NCBI RefSeq assembly: GCF_003918875.1
Contig: NW_025767634.1
Location: forward strand, 1,054,001-1,118,000
Direction of reading: 5' to 3'
Length of the DNA stretch: 64,000 nucleotides
Origin: Haliotis rubra
Lineage: Eukaryota
The translations under genes and the position numbers were made by a program. The notes beneath the pieces were generated by a model, which was given only the letters and a program-made list of their open reading frames with translations, was not told where the DNA came from and did no database searches. Positions 1 through 56,192 of this stretch are shown piece after piece. Numbering within the stretch: position 1 is the first letter of the stretch; the number at the start of each line of letters is the position of its first letter.

Positions 1-438
1 TTTTTGTATGACTGTTGCTTGTAATTTCCTCTATATAATGGCAGCTGTGATTGTGAGGAGTGGTTTGTAGACCCAGTCCTGGACCACACTGCTGTACAAG
101 GAAGACTTTGTGGCCAGTCAAACAATGCTACCATTGATACTGTCTACCTGATAAATGTGCACAGTTTGACTGGCTGGGCTTGAGTTTATAACAAGCCATG
201 GTGGTGCTGATACCCTTTGTTGATAACGTTCGTGGATAAAAGAGCTACTACTGTGCTTGTAAATAATCATGGTTAAGGTTTAGTTTGAATGATAAAATAT
301 ATCTGAATTTAATAACTTTATGAGAGATTGATTGTGTCATTGAAATATTATGGAAAATAGCAGCCATCATTGCATAACAAGGTAATCTGTAGTATTTGGT
401 TTAGGTTCATTGTCACACCTGTGGATTACATTTTATGA

Positions 439-505
439 GCCGTGATATTGCTGGAATCTTGCTAAAAGCGGCATAAACTTCACTCACTCACCCACCCACC
501 CACAT
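439..505 (+). mobile_element. SINE family A, 3' fragment
   Basis: gccgtgatattgctggaat..gctaaaagcggc plus (tcac)n tail. Confidence 0.8.
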
Positions 506-992
506 ATTACGATGAATTATTAGCCTCATTATGTAGAACTTAATAGAAATCAGAAGCATATTTATGTTTTGAGTTGGGAGAGTTTGCTAGTGGTTTTATA
601 CTGTTGAGGGTGTTCTGGGTTGTGAAGACAGTTTGTAGTATAGAGGTCTGAGACGGGATATCTGGAGAGGAGAGAGATAAATCCAGCTAAGACTTGTGAC
701 AGTGTCAGCGTCACACCCAGTCCTGGGTTGAGTGAGTACACCCTGTTTGATCAGGCCACCCTCTATACAGCAGCAGAGTAGGACTGTTGACACCGAGTAA
801 ACAGATATATGGCTGCATAACAGGATATGCATTATCAGATTGTGCAGCATGTGTCAGTCATGTCTTGTAAGAAAGTGATTTTAGCACCTATGTGGTTAAT
901 ATGTAATATAATTGAAGATAAACAAAACCTAAACTCAGAATGAATAAAACAAAAACATGCTACTGGAATCATTGTTTTTATGACCACACTTT

Positions 993-1200
993 AGGTGAAG
1001 AATGATGATAATTTTATGGACATATATGCAACTTCTTAATTCTGTGAAAGGCGACGTTTTAACATAGCATAACAATGTCCTCAAGCAAGTGATGATGACA
1101 ACGACATTAACATCTATGTCGAAACGTCGCCTTTCACAGAATAAAGAAGTTATATAGTATAGAAGTATATCCATAAAATTATCATCATTATTCATCACCT
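993..1200. mobile_element. Palindromic remnant, probably an inverted Penelope-like terminal repeat with a degenerate hammerhead core
   Basis: ~70-bp imperfect inverted arms; (g)TGATGA-t-GACA...TGTC-GAAACGTC at 1089-1128, then AATAAA. Confidence 0.55.
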
Positions 1201-1685
1201 CAATTTATAAAATGCCCATCAAAGAAGTCACACCTTTAGGAGTAAAATCAATATTCTTTTGACCAAGGGAAACAAGTTTACTGAAGTGTCAAAGGTTACC
1301 ATTAATCCTGTTGGACTTTCAACATGTTCTCAGTCCATGAAATATTGCTGTATAGAGGGTGATACTGATCGCCCTAGCCTGTTACCACCCACATAGCTCA
1401 GTAAAGGGATACCTGTGAATAGTCAAGCTAACAGACCACAACCAATAATGCCATGCTTCAATAAACAATGCAATTGTGATATATAATACCTCAACGGTAC
1501 TTGCATTCAAAATCAAAACAGATCTGGCCCAAGTTCTCACTGAAGCCATTCAAACAACATTTCAGTTTGGTTTGCTAATTAAATTTTGTTCAATTAAGTT
1601 TGTGATATATTGAAAGTTTTTTTGAGCATTTTATAAGTGACTTCTAATGTATGTCTATCTAATGATATATTTCATTGATTTTCAG

Positions 1686-44732
<43,047 letters not shown>

Positions 44733-46860
44733 GCTGACTCGTATCCCATGCATAGTATATATGAATATATATATATCCTAACTGTGCTGGTTACTAAGCC
44801 ACCAGCCATTCCAATAGTTGTCCATATTATGCATTATATTAACTATTGTATCTCTACTTGATATAACATGACATTACCATCATATACTGCTTTAATAATC
44901 AAGTTAATCTTTTAAATTGTCCATTATGCTTATGTTATGATGCTGTTATTTTCTGTCTGTACGTTCGAAGAGATCAACAGAGAATTTGTTTTAGAATGGA
45001 AAAAACCAATGAGATAATGTTTAAGTAGGTTTGAATGTTTACTTTTTGGAGACGGCACATGCAAACGTGGGCTTATTTTCGATGAGATGTGGTAATGATT
45101 GTTAATTTCAGACTTTAATCAGAATTGTACTATAGTATGGAGAAATTTATTGTTATGGGTTTCTGTTACGGATATGGTGGCATTTGAGAGATATCAAATA
45201 GACCTTGTCAAGGCATTGTTCAGACATCCAGGAACGTATGTGACCTGTTGGCACTCTAGTGTAGTTTCCATCAATAGCACAGCAATAAGTCTACTTTTCT
45301 TCTGTTGCTTACTGAATCGTCTGTTGGGACTGATGAATAATTCAACAATATTCTTGTCAAATTTCCAAACAAATTACCAATATTTCAGTGGTATGTGTCA
45401 GTGAATCATCATGGTTTAAAACTTATGAATGATTTGTTCAGTTACAGTTTGTAACGAAGTTTACTGTGTCATTTTGACCTTTGTTGTACCATTGTATATT
45501 TCCATGAAAAGATTCCAGGTTGCTGACAGTGGGTTTTTGTTGTCTTTACTGCGACAATTTTTCATGGAATAGTGATAAAGCAGTGTACTTACTTGATGTT
45601 TACCCCTAGAATGAAGACACAGGCTTCTGCTTACGTGAGCGTGGTGTCTGTGGCAGTGCCTCTTGCCCGAGATATAGAGAACCATTTATGTGCTTGAAAT
45701 GAATCAGATTGTGTATTTTGCCCCAAGAGAGTTATTGTCCATGTGACTGTTTGAAATAGTGAACTTTTTGTTCTGATGGAAAACACTTTTTGAATTTCAT
45801 ATGGGCTTTGCTTGCAACTATTGAATTTCACTTTATATTTAGGGATGCAGTCTTTGTTTAGCTGTTTTGTTTTGGTACAATGCTATTTATCATATCACTG
45901 TTTGTACATTTCCATGCAGTCTTTATATGACAAATTGATACAAGCCATAATCTTGACTGAACTATCCTAAGGGACAGCTAGCCACCTCAAAATATATATC
46001 ATGAAATAGACAATAGAGCAATGATAGTTGTTACAACCATTTGCAAAAACATCAGTATTTGATATAAACTTCAAAATTGAAGAACAGAGGTACTTGTATC
46101 TAAAACATCCACTTTATGTTGACGAGGATATTTTATTGATATGGTATCGGGGTTGCTCTGTATCAGTTGCAATCCCCAGTTTGATGTGAACTTACCTCTG
46201 TGAAAGAACACATACTGTTTTTTAGATGTAGATTAAATAGTTGCTAAGCATTTGTTGTGCACCCTCAGTGTCAATATAAGATGACTAATGTAAGAATGGT
46301 AATTTCATTAACATGGGGTGTCAGCTGGTTAAACAGGTGGGAGATCTGGCTATGGTTAGTCTTGTGCAGTGCTTGAATAATGTGTAAATAACTTTTCTAT
46401 GTTTAATTGTTCACTAACAGAGAACAGATTTTAGATGAATATTTTTGTACATTCTACGCAATCATTTGACACCAGATTTTTTCAGTGAAACACGCCTCTG
46501 CTGCCTTTGTTGTTTAGGATATAATTAGGCCAAACATAGAAAATTTGTAAAAGTGTAGTTGTAATGAAATTAATAAACGTGCATACCAATGGGAACAAAT
46601 TATGTATCATAGCTGATTGCCACCACAGCAGTGGTGGTTTGAATGAGCAGGTACTCTTTTGAGTATGCTGTTTTCAAGGGATCAAAATTCTTTTATTAAG
46701 TGTTTCTATTGAGCCAGTCAGCAGTTGATTTAATCTCAGTGATATATGATGTTATGTACCAGTTTCCAGATGGATTTGATAAGATTGCTTGGCATTGAAT
46801 ACTATGATGTATGCTTGGCTGATACACAAAAAAATCTTAAATAAAATAACTATTGAAAAT
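44733..46860 (+). other. probable myosin 3' UTR with polyadenylation signals
   Basis: AT-rich stretch with no recognisable repeats after the stop; AATAAA at 46572 and 46839. Confidence 0.55.
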
Positions 46861-46901
46861 GTGTGACTTGTCAATTGATGATAGTCTATCGAAACCTAGA
46901 A

Positions 46902-47130
46902 TGGTGAGGTGAGGTGAAATTGGGTTTTACGTCGTGCTTGAGAATATTTCGCTCATATGACGACGTGCATGCGTGTGTATGTGTATGTGCGGCTGCTTGT
47001 ACTAGCCCAGACTTAAGCTGGTTTTATAGTGCTAGCCCACTGAGATACCAGTGAAGCATGAATACCCCACTCAGACACATTATACTGACTCCAAGCCGAC
47101 CAGTCCTTGTACCCATTAATGCCGAACGCG
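46902..47130 (-). mobile_element. SINE family C, 5'-truncated
   Basis: Matches the 47808 and 52580 copies; (tcacc)n tail. Confidence 0.85.
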
Positions 47131-47320
47131 TATCCTTGGACATCAACATTATCTCAGTTCACCCAGCTGTAAAATGGGTACCCATGAGGATGTGCTGGCA
47201 ATTTGAATGTTAAGTTCATTGCGTCCAACATAAGTGTCCTATGACCGGGGATAGTAATGTACATAGCCCAGTGAGCAGGCAATAAGCGGAATTGGACTAG
47301 TACTAATACTATTACTAAAG
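47131..47320 (+). mobile_element. Fragment of another SINE (CORE/Nin-like central domain)
   Basis: ctcagttcacccagctgtaaaatgggtacc motif; (tac/tat)n tail; domain assignment from memory only. Confidence 0.45.
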
Positions 47321-47335
47321 AGACATGGAATGTTG

Positions 47336-47672
47336 ACAAGAAGACAAAGTCATCAATATCCCCCGCAGTGGCAAAATACTCTTCATGATTATGTTTACGA
47401 GTTGTGGAAGGAGAGTATTGAAAGGTTTTTAAATTTCTGCTCCAGAAAGGAGCACTATCACCAATTTCAGTCTGTCAAACATGTTGCCATGGAAATGCCA
47501 AAAATATTTTATTCAGAATTCCAAAAGGCACCAGTACACCACCAGATCTATCTATGTGCCAAGTTTGGTGAAGAAATATTGAACGGTTTTAGAGTTCTGA
47601 TCAGGAAAAGACAAATGTGCACGGACGGAGTCCATTTTAATACCCCCCAGCAATATGCGTTGCGGGGGATAA
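47336..47672 (-). mobile_element. Same HINE-like family, single-core copy with intact 5' subterminal repeat/hairpin
   Basis: tatcccccgca at both ends (inverted); core matches the 27184 element. Confidence 0.82.
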
Positions 47673-47683
47673 CAGGTATGGCG

Positions 47684-48620
47684 TACTGGTAATCTGTTCT
47701 GCCAAGGAATCCCTGCAAGGAGACGTGCATGGGGTACTGGTAATCTGTTCTAACAAGGAATCCCTGCAGGCAGACCTACATGGGGTACTGGTAATCTGTT
47801 CTGCCAAGGTGAGGTGAGGTCAGGTGAAATTGGGTTTAACGGCGTGCTTGAGAATATTTCGCTCATATGATGACGTGCATGCGTGTGTATGCATAATCAT
47901 AAGTATTTTGCCATTATGGGGATATTGCGGCTGCTTGTACTAGCCCAGACTTAAGCTGTTTTTTATAGTGCTAGCTCACTGAGATACCATGCCGCAGTGA
48001 AGCATGAGTACCCCACTCAGACACATTATACTGGCTCCGAGCCGACCAGTCCTTGTTGTACCCATTAATGCCGAGCGCCAGGCAGGGACCAACAAGTACC
48101 ATCTTTAACGTCTTTTGGTATGACGCGTCGGGATCGAACCCCTGCAGACCTTCCTTCCGGTAATCTCTCGGGCACCACGGAGGCGGTCTCTAACCACTAC
48201 ACCACGGAGGCGGTCCTGTTCTGCCAAAAGGAATCCCTGCAAGGAGACGTGCATGGGGTACTGGTAATCTGTTCTAACAAGGGTCCCTGCAAGGAGATGT
48301 GCGTGCAATGTTCTAACAAGGAATACTGGTAATCTGTTCTAACAAGGAATCCCTGCAGGCAGACCTGCATGGGGTACTGGTAATCTGTTCTAACAAGGAA
48401 TCCCTGCAAGGAGATGTGCATGGGGTACTGGTAATCTGTTCTAACAAGGAATCCCTGCAAGGAGACGTGCATGGGGTACTGGTAATCTGTTCTGCCAAGG
48501 AATCCCTGCAAGGAGACGTGCATGGCATACTGGTAATCTGTTTTGCTAAGAAATCCCTGCAGGGAGATATGCATGCCGTACTGGTAATCTGTTCTGCCAA
48601 GGAACGTCTGCAGGGAGATG
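47684..48620. repeat. 51-bp minisatellite interrupted by a SINE
   Basis: ggggtactggtaatctgttctaacaaggaatccctgcaaggagacgtgcat. Confidence 0.93.
47808..48215 (-). mobile_element. SINE family C (tRNA head, V-domain-like centre), full length, inserted into the 51-bp minisatellite
   Basis: A box TGGTGTAGTGG, B box GGTTCGATCCC; TSD ctgttctgccaa. Confidence 0.88.
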
Positions 48621-48945
48621 AACATTTCTCTGCCCTTGAATCCATATTTGGTACTCTGCAGACCTAATGTGCCCTAGAATCACAACTCAGAGACGCTGCA
48701 TGGGGTACTGGTGACCACGTCTGGGAGGTGCACTGCGGGCCTATTCTGTTACCATTCGTGACCAACTCATGTTAGACCAGCTGAATAGCGACTCATGCCC
48801 CTCTGGAAGGATTTCATACTGGCGCATGAACATCTGAACTACTTTAAACAAGAATGATAACTCTATTCCTGTTTGATTCCAGTGTCAATTCCTTAATACC
48901 ACCTAAGCACTCGTACATTGTATTGCTGTTTTGGTTTATTTATTT

Positions 48946-49787
48946 ATTATCCCCCCTGGCATGTAATCATTTTGTTTCCGGAGCATATCTCAAAAACCGT
49001 TCAATATTTTTCAACAAAAATTGGTAGATGTATCAAACAGAACCTAAGGTGGTGCTTTTTGCTATTTACAGATTTTGGTATTTTTATTTTTCTCGGTTTC
49101 CATGGAAACGTTTTGGACTTAGTCTTAAAGGGGGGTTGGGCTTCGTTTCCGGAGCACAACTCGAAAACTTCTTAATATCTTTCAGCAAAACTTGACAGAT
49201 ATGTGAGGCAGATGCCAAAGTGGGAGGGGTGGGCTTCATTTCCGGAGCACAACTCAAAAAGCATTCAATATCTTTCAACAGAACTTGGCAGATATATGAG
49301 AGAGATCTTGAAGTGGTGCCCTTGCTATTTACAGATTTTTGTCATATTTATTTTTCCCGGTTTCCATGGAAATTATAGGGATGGGTGGGCTTCCTTTCCG
49401 GAGCACAACTCAAAAACTTCTTAATATCTTTCTGCAAAACTTGGCAGATATATGAGGCAGATCCCAAAGTGGTGCCTTTTGCTATTTACAGATTTTTGTC
49501 ATTTTTATTTTCCTTCGTTTCCATGGAAACGTTTCGGACATAGTCTCAGAAGAGAGGGGTGAGCTTCGTTTCCGGAGCACAACTCGGAAACCGTTCAATA
49601 TCTTTCTGCAAGACTTCACAGATATATCAAACAGATCTTGAAGTATTGTCTTTTGCTATTTGCAGATTTTGGGCATTTCTATTTTTCATGATTTCCATGG
49701 AAACAATTTGGATCAAGTTGTCAGTTGATTTGTTCTTTCAAATTTATGGGGGCGGGGGGGATTTGTCATCTTCTGATGACTCTTGTT
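48946..49787 (+). mobile_element. Related HINE-like element with tandem cores
   Basis: ttattatcccccc start; tttccggagca(c/t)a recurring 5 times; 3' gggggat-ttgtcatc-ttct-gatgac-tcttgtt. Confidence 0.75.
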
Positions 49788-50127
49788 TATTTAAAACTAT
49801 AATAAGCATTTGTCATGAACCTTCTGAATGTTTCATAAACTTTTGAGCAAATGAACATCAATACACCCTTCAGAAGTCTCAATGATAAGAATTTATATAT
49901 AAATCATATATACTTTTACTGGTAACAACGCGTCTACTTTTCTTATAAAAAAATAGTACATAACGTTGATGCCCAGACAAAGCATTACCTCTAATGAAGC
50001 CACAGATTCCCCTACAAATGGAGACAGAGCTTCTGATTGGCCTGAAAAATAACGTGCCATTGTTACAGCTATAATGGATAGAATCGGCAGCAAATCCCTG
50101 AATGAACAACACAAAAACAAACATACG

Positions 50128-50400
50128 TTATATTTGGGATTATACTTTCTCTGTTAAATGCAGATTCTAGTACATTTGGGTTGAGTCCAATCCAGGATTT
50201 GAACCCACACTCTCAAAGCCAGGACCTAATTGCCAGCACACAAAATCAGCGATCTAACCCACTTAAGAACTAGAAGTGGGACAACTGCTTGTCGAGATCA
50301 CATAATTTGACAAGTGAAAATTGGCAGTTCCCTGCATTGGACTCAACACCAAAATGTACTAAAGTCTGTACTTCGCTGAAAAGTGTAATCCTAAATATAA
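50128..50400. mobile_element. Foldback/MITE with ~70-bp imperfect TIRs
   Basis: ttatatttgggattatac...ttgagtccaat..agg / cctgcattggactcaac...gtgtaatcctaaatataa. Confidence 0.72.
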
Positions 50401-50807
50401 CAGGGATACATCGAGATACAGTTTTAATAATAATAACAGGGTGATCCACAGATTTCTGCTGATTTTATTTCAAATTCATCATGATGACACAATATTAATT
50501 TTTCAGATGAAAATAGATTTTCCTGTTGCCATCCCTGTAATAACAATAATGCATTTCAAAGCGCCTGCTTTCCAACTTCAAGCTGTTCAACAGCGCTCAA
50601 ACAAATCTAGACTAGATAGACTCCGGAGAAAAGCTAGGTTTTTAAGTGAGTTCGAAAGGATGAAACGTTCTCGATGCAACAGTTTGAGGGGAATGTGATT
50701 AAACAAGCCTTCACCGTTTTGAGGTTCCGATATTGTAAACGTTCACAAAATCGATACTCGTTATTCAATATTCATCTCAATACATGTAAGACAGTTTTGA
50801 GTTAGTT

Positions 50808-51028
50808 TTGTTTGTTGTTCAACATCACACTTGGCAGTTTTCCAGCTATACAACGGGTTAAATTATCAAATCTGGGCCAGACAATCCACTGATTGACATT
50901 CACAGTGATCTACTCAACTGAGACAAAAACACATGCATCAAGCGAATCTGACTACCCGATCCCATTAATCGCCTCTTACTACATGCACGGTTTATTGAAG
51001 AACAATTCCAAACCAGACCTTCACAGAT
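50808..51028 (-). mobile_element. SINE-like family B, diverged
   Basis: Reverse-complement similarity along its length. Confidence 0.75.
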
Positions 51029-51548
51029 CGGCTATTGAGTTATGTCCCTATTATTTGAATTAAATGTTTAATATCCTCAGATATACCAAGAGATTTCCTC
51101 TATGATGTACCACTTACAGTACCTGTGTAACATCCTATGGATATTCTCCCACCTTAAGTCAAGCGGCAGGCTAGCAAGTATCACAAGACCTCACATCATT
51201 TACATAAAACACTCCTAGGATATTTCATACAGCCATTTGTTTGAGATCCCAACACTTAATACTGAAGTTATGGACTGTTAAAACCTTCATAGATGATATG
51301 AAATGATTCAAATATCAACCATATATTTGACACTCAGCTCTGTGTTAAAAACACTGCCATGTCCAGCTGGATAACAATCTTTGTCTTTGTCTGTAGGAGA
51401 CATATTCCTTCACAAGTACAAGGATGGCAAGTTTCTGCTGATCCATAAATTTCTGCCAATTTTATTTCAAATTGATCAATTCTATGAATCATCAAAAAAA
51501 CCTGAATCCCCTATTCGATGACAATATCAAGTTTTCAGCTGAAAACAG

Positions 51549-51828
51549 GCCCCAATTTCTCGTTTTGCCCCAAAGTCTGAGTTTTGACTTAAGTTAGAGT
51601 TCTTACTCAAATTTGAGAAAACACAGAAAACTGCATTTCCCAGAAAAACTGAAATCGATATTAAACTCAAACATAGTAGACAATTCGAGTTTGGTGGATA
51701 CATTACTTAAGTTTTTTGGGCATTTTTATTTCAAAAATGCAGTTGAGTTAAAAATTCAGCTGTTTCAAATTGTCAAACTCAGTTTGAAATTTGAGTAAAA
51801 ACTTAAAGTTGTGTCGAGATATCGGGGC
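51549..51828. mobile_element. Harbinger-like MITE
   Basis: TIR gccccaatttctcg / cgagatatcggggc; 3-bp cag duplication; empty-site paralogue at ~50511. Confidence 0.7.
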
Positions 51829-51843
51829 CAGATTTTCCTGTTG

Positions 51844-52032
51844 AGGTTCTTGAAATGCATATAGAAGTTGATATTCAAGTAGAAGACAAAATATTATGGA
51901 TGTCAACTTCTTCTTTATTGTATACACAATGTTTCTGGGCTATTCCTTGCCCGTGAAATGACTAAGGGGCCAGGAATAGCCCAGAAACGTTGTGTATACA
52001 ATAAAGAAGAAGCTGACATCCACGATATTTTT
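51844..52032. mobile_element. Palindromic insertion, probably an inverted Penelope-like terminus
   Basis: ~65-bp arms 51888-51952 / 51966-52031; 12-bp flanking repeat attttcctgttg; tgactaa-gggg..gccca-GAAACGTT..AATAAA. Confidence 0.6.
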
Positions 52033-52313
52033 ATTTTCCTGTTGCCATCCCTGCTAGTATGAGTTAAACATGAACCTTACTAAGTTGGTTTCTATTGAAA
52101 TTGTGTAGACAAGAAGTACCGGTATCCGACTTTGGCTGGGAAAAGCCAGGCACCTAGTAGCTCACCCAGAATATGACAAACATAGTAGCTTGTTATACAG
52201 AAATAAATTGTAAAATATTTCCAATATACATAAATATTCAGGTGATATATTCAAACTGACATGAAATGTCTGAAAATGTAATAGTTACAAATACACAGAT
52301 GAAAATAATTGAC

Positions 52314-52545
52314 AGAAAACATGAGCAACGATGCACACCAGACGTACGATGAAAACATGAGCAACGATGCGCACCACAGAAGTACGATGAAAACATGAGC
52401 AACGATGCGCACCACAGAGGTACGATGAAAACATGAGAAACAATGCACACCACAGAGGTACGATGAAAACATGAGCAACGATGCACACCACAGAGGTACG
52501 ATGAAAACATGAGCAATGATGCACACCACAGAGGTACGATGAACG
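52314..52545. repeat. 38-bp minisatellite, ~6 copies
   Basis: gaaaacatgagcaacgatgcacaccacagaggtacgat. Confidence 0.93.
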
Positions 52546-52579
52546 ATAACATGAACGCTGTTGGACTATTCAGACCTGT

Positions 52580-53084
52580 AGGCCTCCTCCGTGGTGTAGT
52601 GGTTAAAGTGCCCACTGGTCGGCTCGGAGTCAGTATAATGTGTCTGAGTGGGGTATTCATGCTTAACTGCGGCATGGTATCTCAGTGGGCTGGCACTATA
52701 AAACCAGCTTAAGTCTGGGCTAGTACAAGCAGCCGCACATACACATACACACGCATGCAAACATGTGAAGGTCCGGGTGAGAATGTGCCTTCAGTAACCC
52801 ATGCTTGTCGTAAGAGGCAACTAACGGGATCGGGTGGTCAGGCTCGCTGACTTGGTTGACATGTGTCATCGGTTCCAATTGCGCAGATCGATGGTCATGC
52901 TGTTGATCACTGGATTGTCTGGTCTAGACTCCAGTATTTACAGACCGCCGCCATATAGCTGGAATATTGCTGAGTGTGGTGTGAAACTAAACTCACTCAC
53001 TCACTCACTCACACACGCATGCACGTCATCATATGAGCGAAATATTCTTAAGTACGATGTAAACCCCATTTCACCTCACCTCAC
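52580..53084 (+). mobile_element. SINE family C, internally deleted, hosting a family B insertion
   Basis: 14-bp TSD ctattcagacctgt (52566, 53085). Confidence 0.9.
52760..53010 (+). mobile_element. SINE-like family B nested in a family C SINE
   Basis: 13-bp TSD acacacgcatgca (52747, 53011). Confidence 0.92.
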
Positions 53085-53460
53085 CTATTCAGACCTGTGC
53101 AAAATAACCATGTCCCAGAGCCTGTGCATCTGATTTTCATCAAGCCTTATAAGCAGGTGTTGAGAACAATCCTGGAATCTCGGAATCTCAAGAGAAATTC
53201 TATACCTGTACAGGAAATAAAGCAACAGGGGCTGACTCTCTTTACAACAAGACAAAATGAAAATACCCCACATAGACTTTCTTACTGTAGAAGCCAAAAA
53301 TGGCAAATAATATGTGTAAAATTCTATCTAACAACAACAAAATTCATTATCTTGCCGTATTAAACTTTTGTTGCTGTTATATTCATTAGTAGCAGTATGG
53401 ACATGGAAGCTGAAAACTGTCTGGAATTTTAGGCCTCATTTATAAACAAACTTAGTCTTA

Positions 53461-53630
53461 TGACTGACTGACTGAGTTTAGTTTTACGCCGCTTTTAGCA
53501 ATATTCCAGCAATATCACGACGGGGGACACCAGAAATGGGCTTCACACATTGTGCCCATGTGGGGAATCGAACCCGGGTCTTCGGCGTGACGAGCCAACA
53601 CTTTAACCACTAGGCTACCCCACAGCCCCG
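53461..53630 (-). mobile_element. SINE family A, full length
   Basis: Reverse complement of the 24480 copy; TSD gtcttatga. Confidence 0.92.
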
Positions 53631-54542
53631 AAAGGTCTTATGAGGAATATTCATTATGGCTCAGCCTTTGTTTCATTCATGAAATGTCAATCCCTTTTCC
53701 CATTGGTGAATATAAAGTACACAAAACTGTCAGCACCCATCATATGTCATTATTATGCCAAATGTCATGGTAAATTTATAGGTCAAATGCAATGATTTCA
53801 GTGCTGAGTTTCATACTGACAAGATGACAAGTCCTTGTCTGATACAGTCAAGCCTTTGATCTTTTAGGAAAGCATCTTAGAAAAAGTAATAACAAGTGTT
53901 TTATGAGAAAAAAATATAGCTAATAAGCTTCAGAGGTAGATATTTGTGATGTCATTTGATGTCATGGTAACTGATGTCATGGTAACTGATGACATCACAA
54001 TGGTCTGCAAAGCCCTGATACAGTTTCATAATGTCATGTTCAGTTTTTCTCAAGCCTGCCCAAAAGCTACACATAAACAGGTGAGGCGTAACATTAACAT
54101 CACCAACATAACCATATCTGTCCTTGGAGATCAATGAGATACAGGATTATGTAACGACTATGTAAAGGTGAAAGATAAGAAAAGTGTGCTATCGGAGAGG
54201 ACCAATTAGTTTGTCAAAAGACAACCATAACTGTAAAATGTAAACATTCAAAATATTAACAGTTACAAAAGACAACCATAACTGTAAAACACAAATATGT
54301 CAAATATACATAAACCTTAAATGAAAACACAACATTATGAAAAATAGCGTGGTTAACACTGGTTATGAAAACCAAGCATGCAATGCACACAAATGATACC
54401 TTTCTTTGATTCTGCTTTCATCTAAAGCATATTTCTTTTCATCTTCATGAAATCCCAAAACAGATACTAAAAAATTACTTAAAATATTTCTCAAACAGAA
54501 CATCTATATAACCTTGCTGCCATACCCCTGCCAGAATTCTAA

Positions 54543-56192
54543 ATGTACATATCTATGCCACCATCAATATACATATTGATGCCTCCATCAATATACAGAT
54601 CTATGCCTCATCAATGTACAGATCTATGCCTCCATCAATGTACAGATCTATGCCTCAATCAATGTACAGATATATGCCTCCATCAATGTACAGATATATG
54701 CCTCCATCAATGTACAGATGTATGCCACCATCAATGTACAGATCTATGCCTCCATCAATGTACAGATCTATGCCATCAATCAATGTACAGATATATGCCA
54801 CCATCAATATACAGATATATGCCTCCATCAATGTACAGATCTATGCCTCCATCATGCCTCCATCAATGTACAGATCTATGCCTCCATCAATGTACAGATC
54901 TATGGCACCATCAATGTACAGATCTTGGCACCACAATGATCTATGCCAAGTGCTCTGCCTCCATGTACAGATCTATGGATCACCTTCCATCAATGTACAG
55001 ATCTATGCCTCAATCAATGTACAGATCTATGCACCATCCATCAATGCCTACAGATCTATGCCTCCATCAATGTACAGATATATGGCTCAATGTACAGATC
55101 TATGGCCATCAATGTACAGATCTATGCCTCCATCAATATACCTATCATCAATGTACAGATCTATGCCTCCATCAATATACAGATCTATGCCTCCATCAAT
55201 GTACAGATCTATGCCTCCATCAATGTACAGATATGCCTCCATCAATGTACAGATCTGCCTGCCTCCATCAATGTATGTACATCAATGTACAGATCTATGC
55301 CTCCATCAATGTACAGATCTATGCCTCCATCAATGTACAGATCTATGCCTCCATCAATGTACAGATCTATGCCTCCATCAATGTACAGATCTATGCCTCC
55401 ATCAATGTACAGATCTATGCCTCCATCAATGTACAGATCTATGCCTCCATCAATGTACAGATCTATGCCTCCATCAATGTACAGATCTATGCCTCCATCA
55501 ATGTACAGATCTATGCCTCCATCAATGTACCGATCTATGCCTCCATCAATGTACAGATCTATGCCTCCATCAATGTACAGATCTATGCCTCCATCAATGT
55601 ACAGATCTATGCCTCCATCAATGTACAGATCTATGCCTCCATCAATATACAGAGCTATGGTACATTGGTATCTGATCCATGAACTCCTCGAGGTCCCATT
55701 TGCTGTTCGATGCTTCATAATAAAGCGACGTTAGGATGCTGGGGGTTATGTTGAAATATTTGTTCAAGCCTATTGTGTAATACAGTGACTGAATAAAAAA
55801 TAATGTACAGATGTATGCCACCTACATGTACAGATCTATGTCTTCATCAATATACAGATCTATGCCTCCATCAATGTAAAAATATATGTCTTCATCAATG
55901 TACAGATCTATGTCTTCATCAATATACAGATCTATGCCTCCATCAATGTACAGATATATGTCTTCATCAATGTACAGATCTATGTCTTCATCAATGTACA
56001 GATCTATGCCTCCATCAATGTACAGATATATGTTTTCATCAATGTACAGATCTATGTCTTCATCAATGTACAGATCTCTGCCTCCATCAATGTACAGATG
56101 TATGCCACCTACATGTACAGATCTCTGCCTCCATCAATGTACAGATCTATGCCTCCATCAATGTACAGATCTATGCCTCCATCAATGTACAG
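54543..56192. repeat. 24-bp minisatellite (two blocks, 54543-55655 and 55802-56192) directly downstream of the MCT stop codon
   Basis: atgtacagatctatgcctccatca. Confidence 0.97.

Noticed and set aside
48197-48667. ORFs with a 17-aa periodic repeat
   Set aside because: Products of the 51-bp minisatellite.
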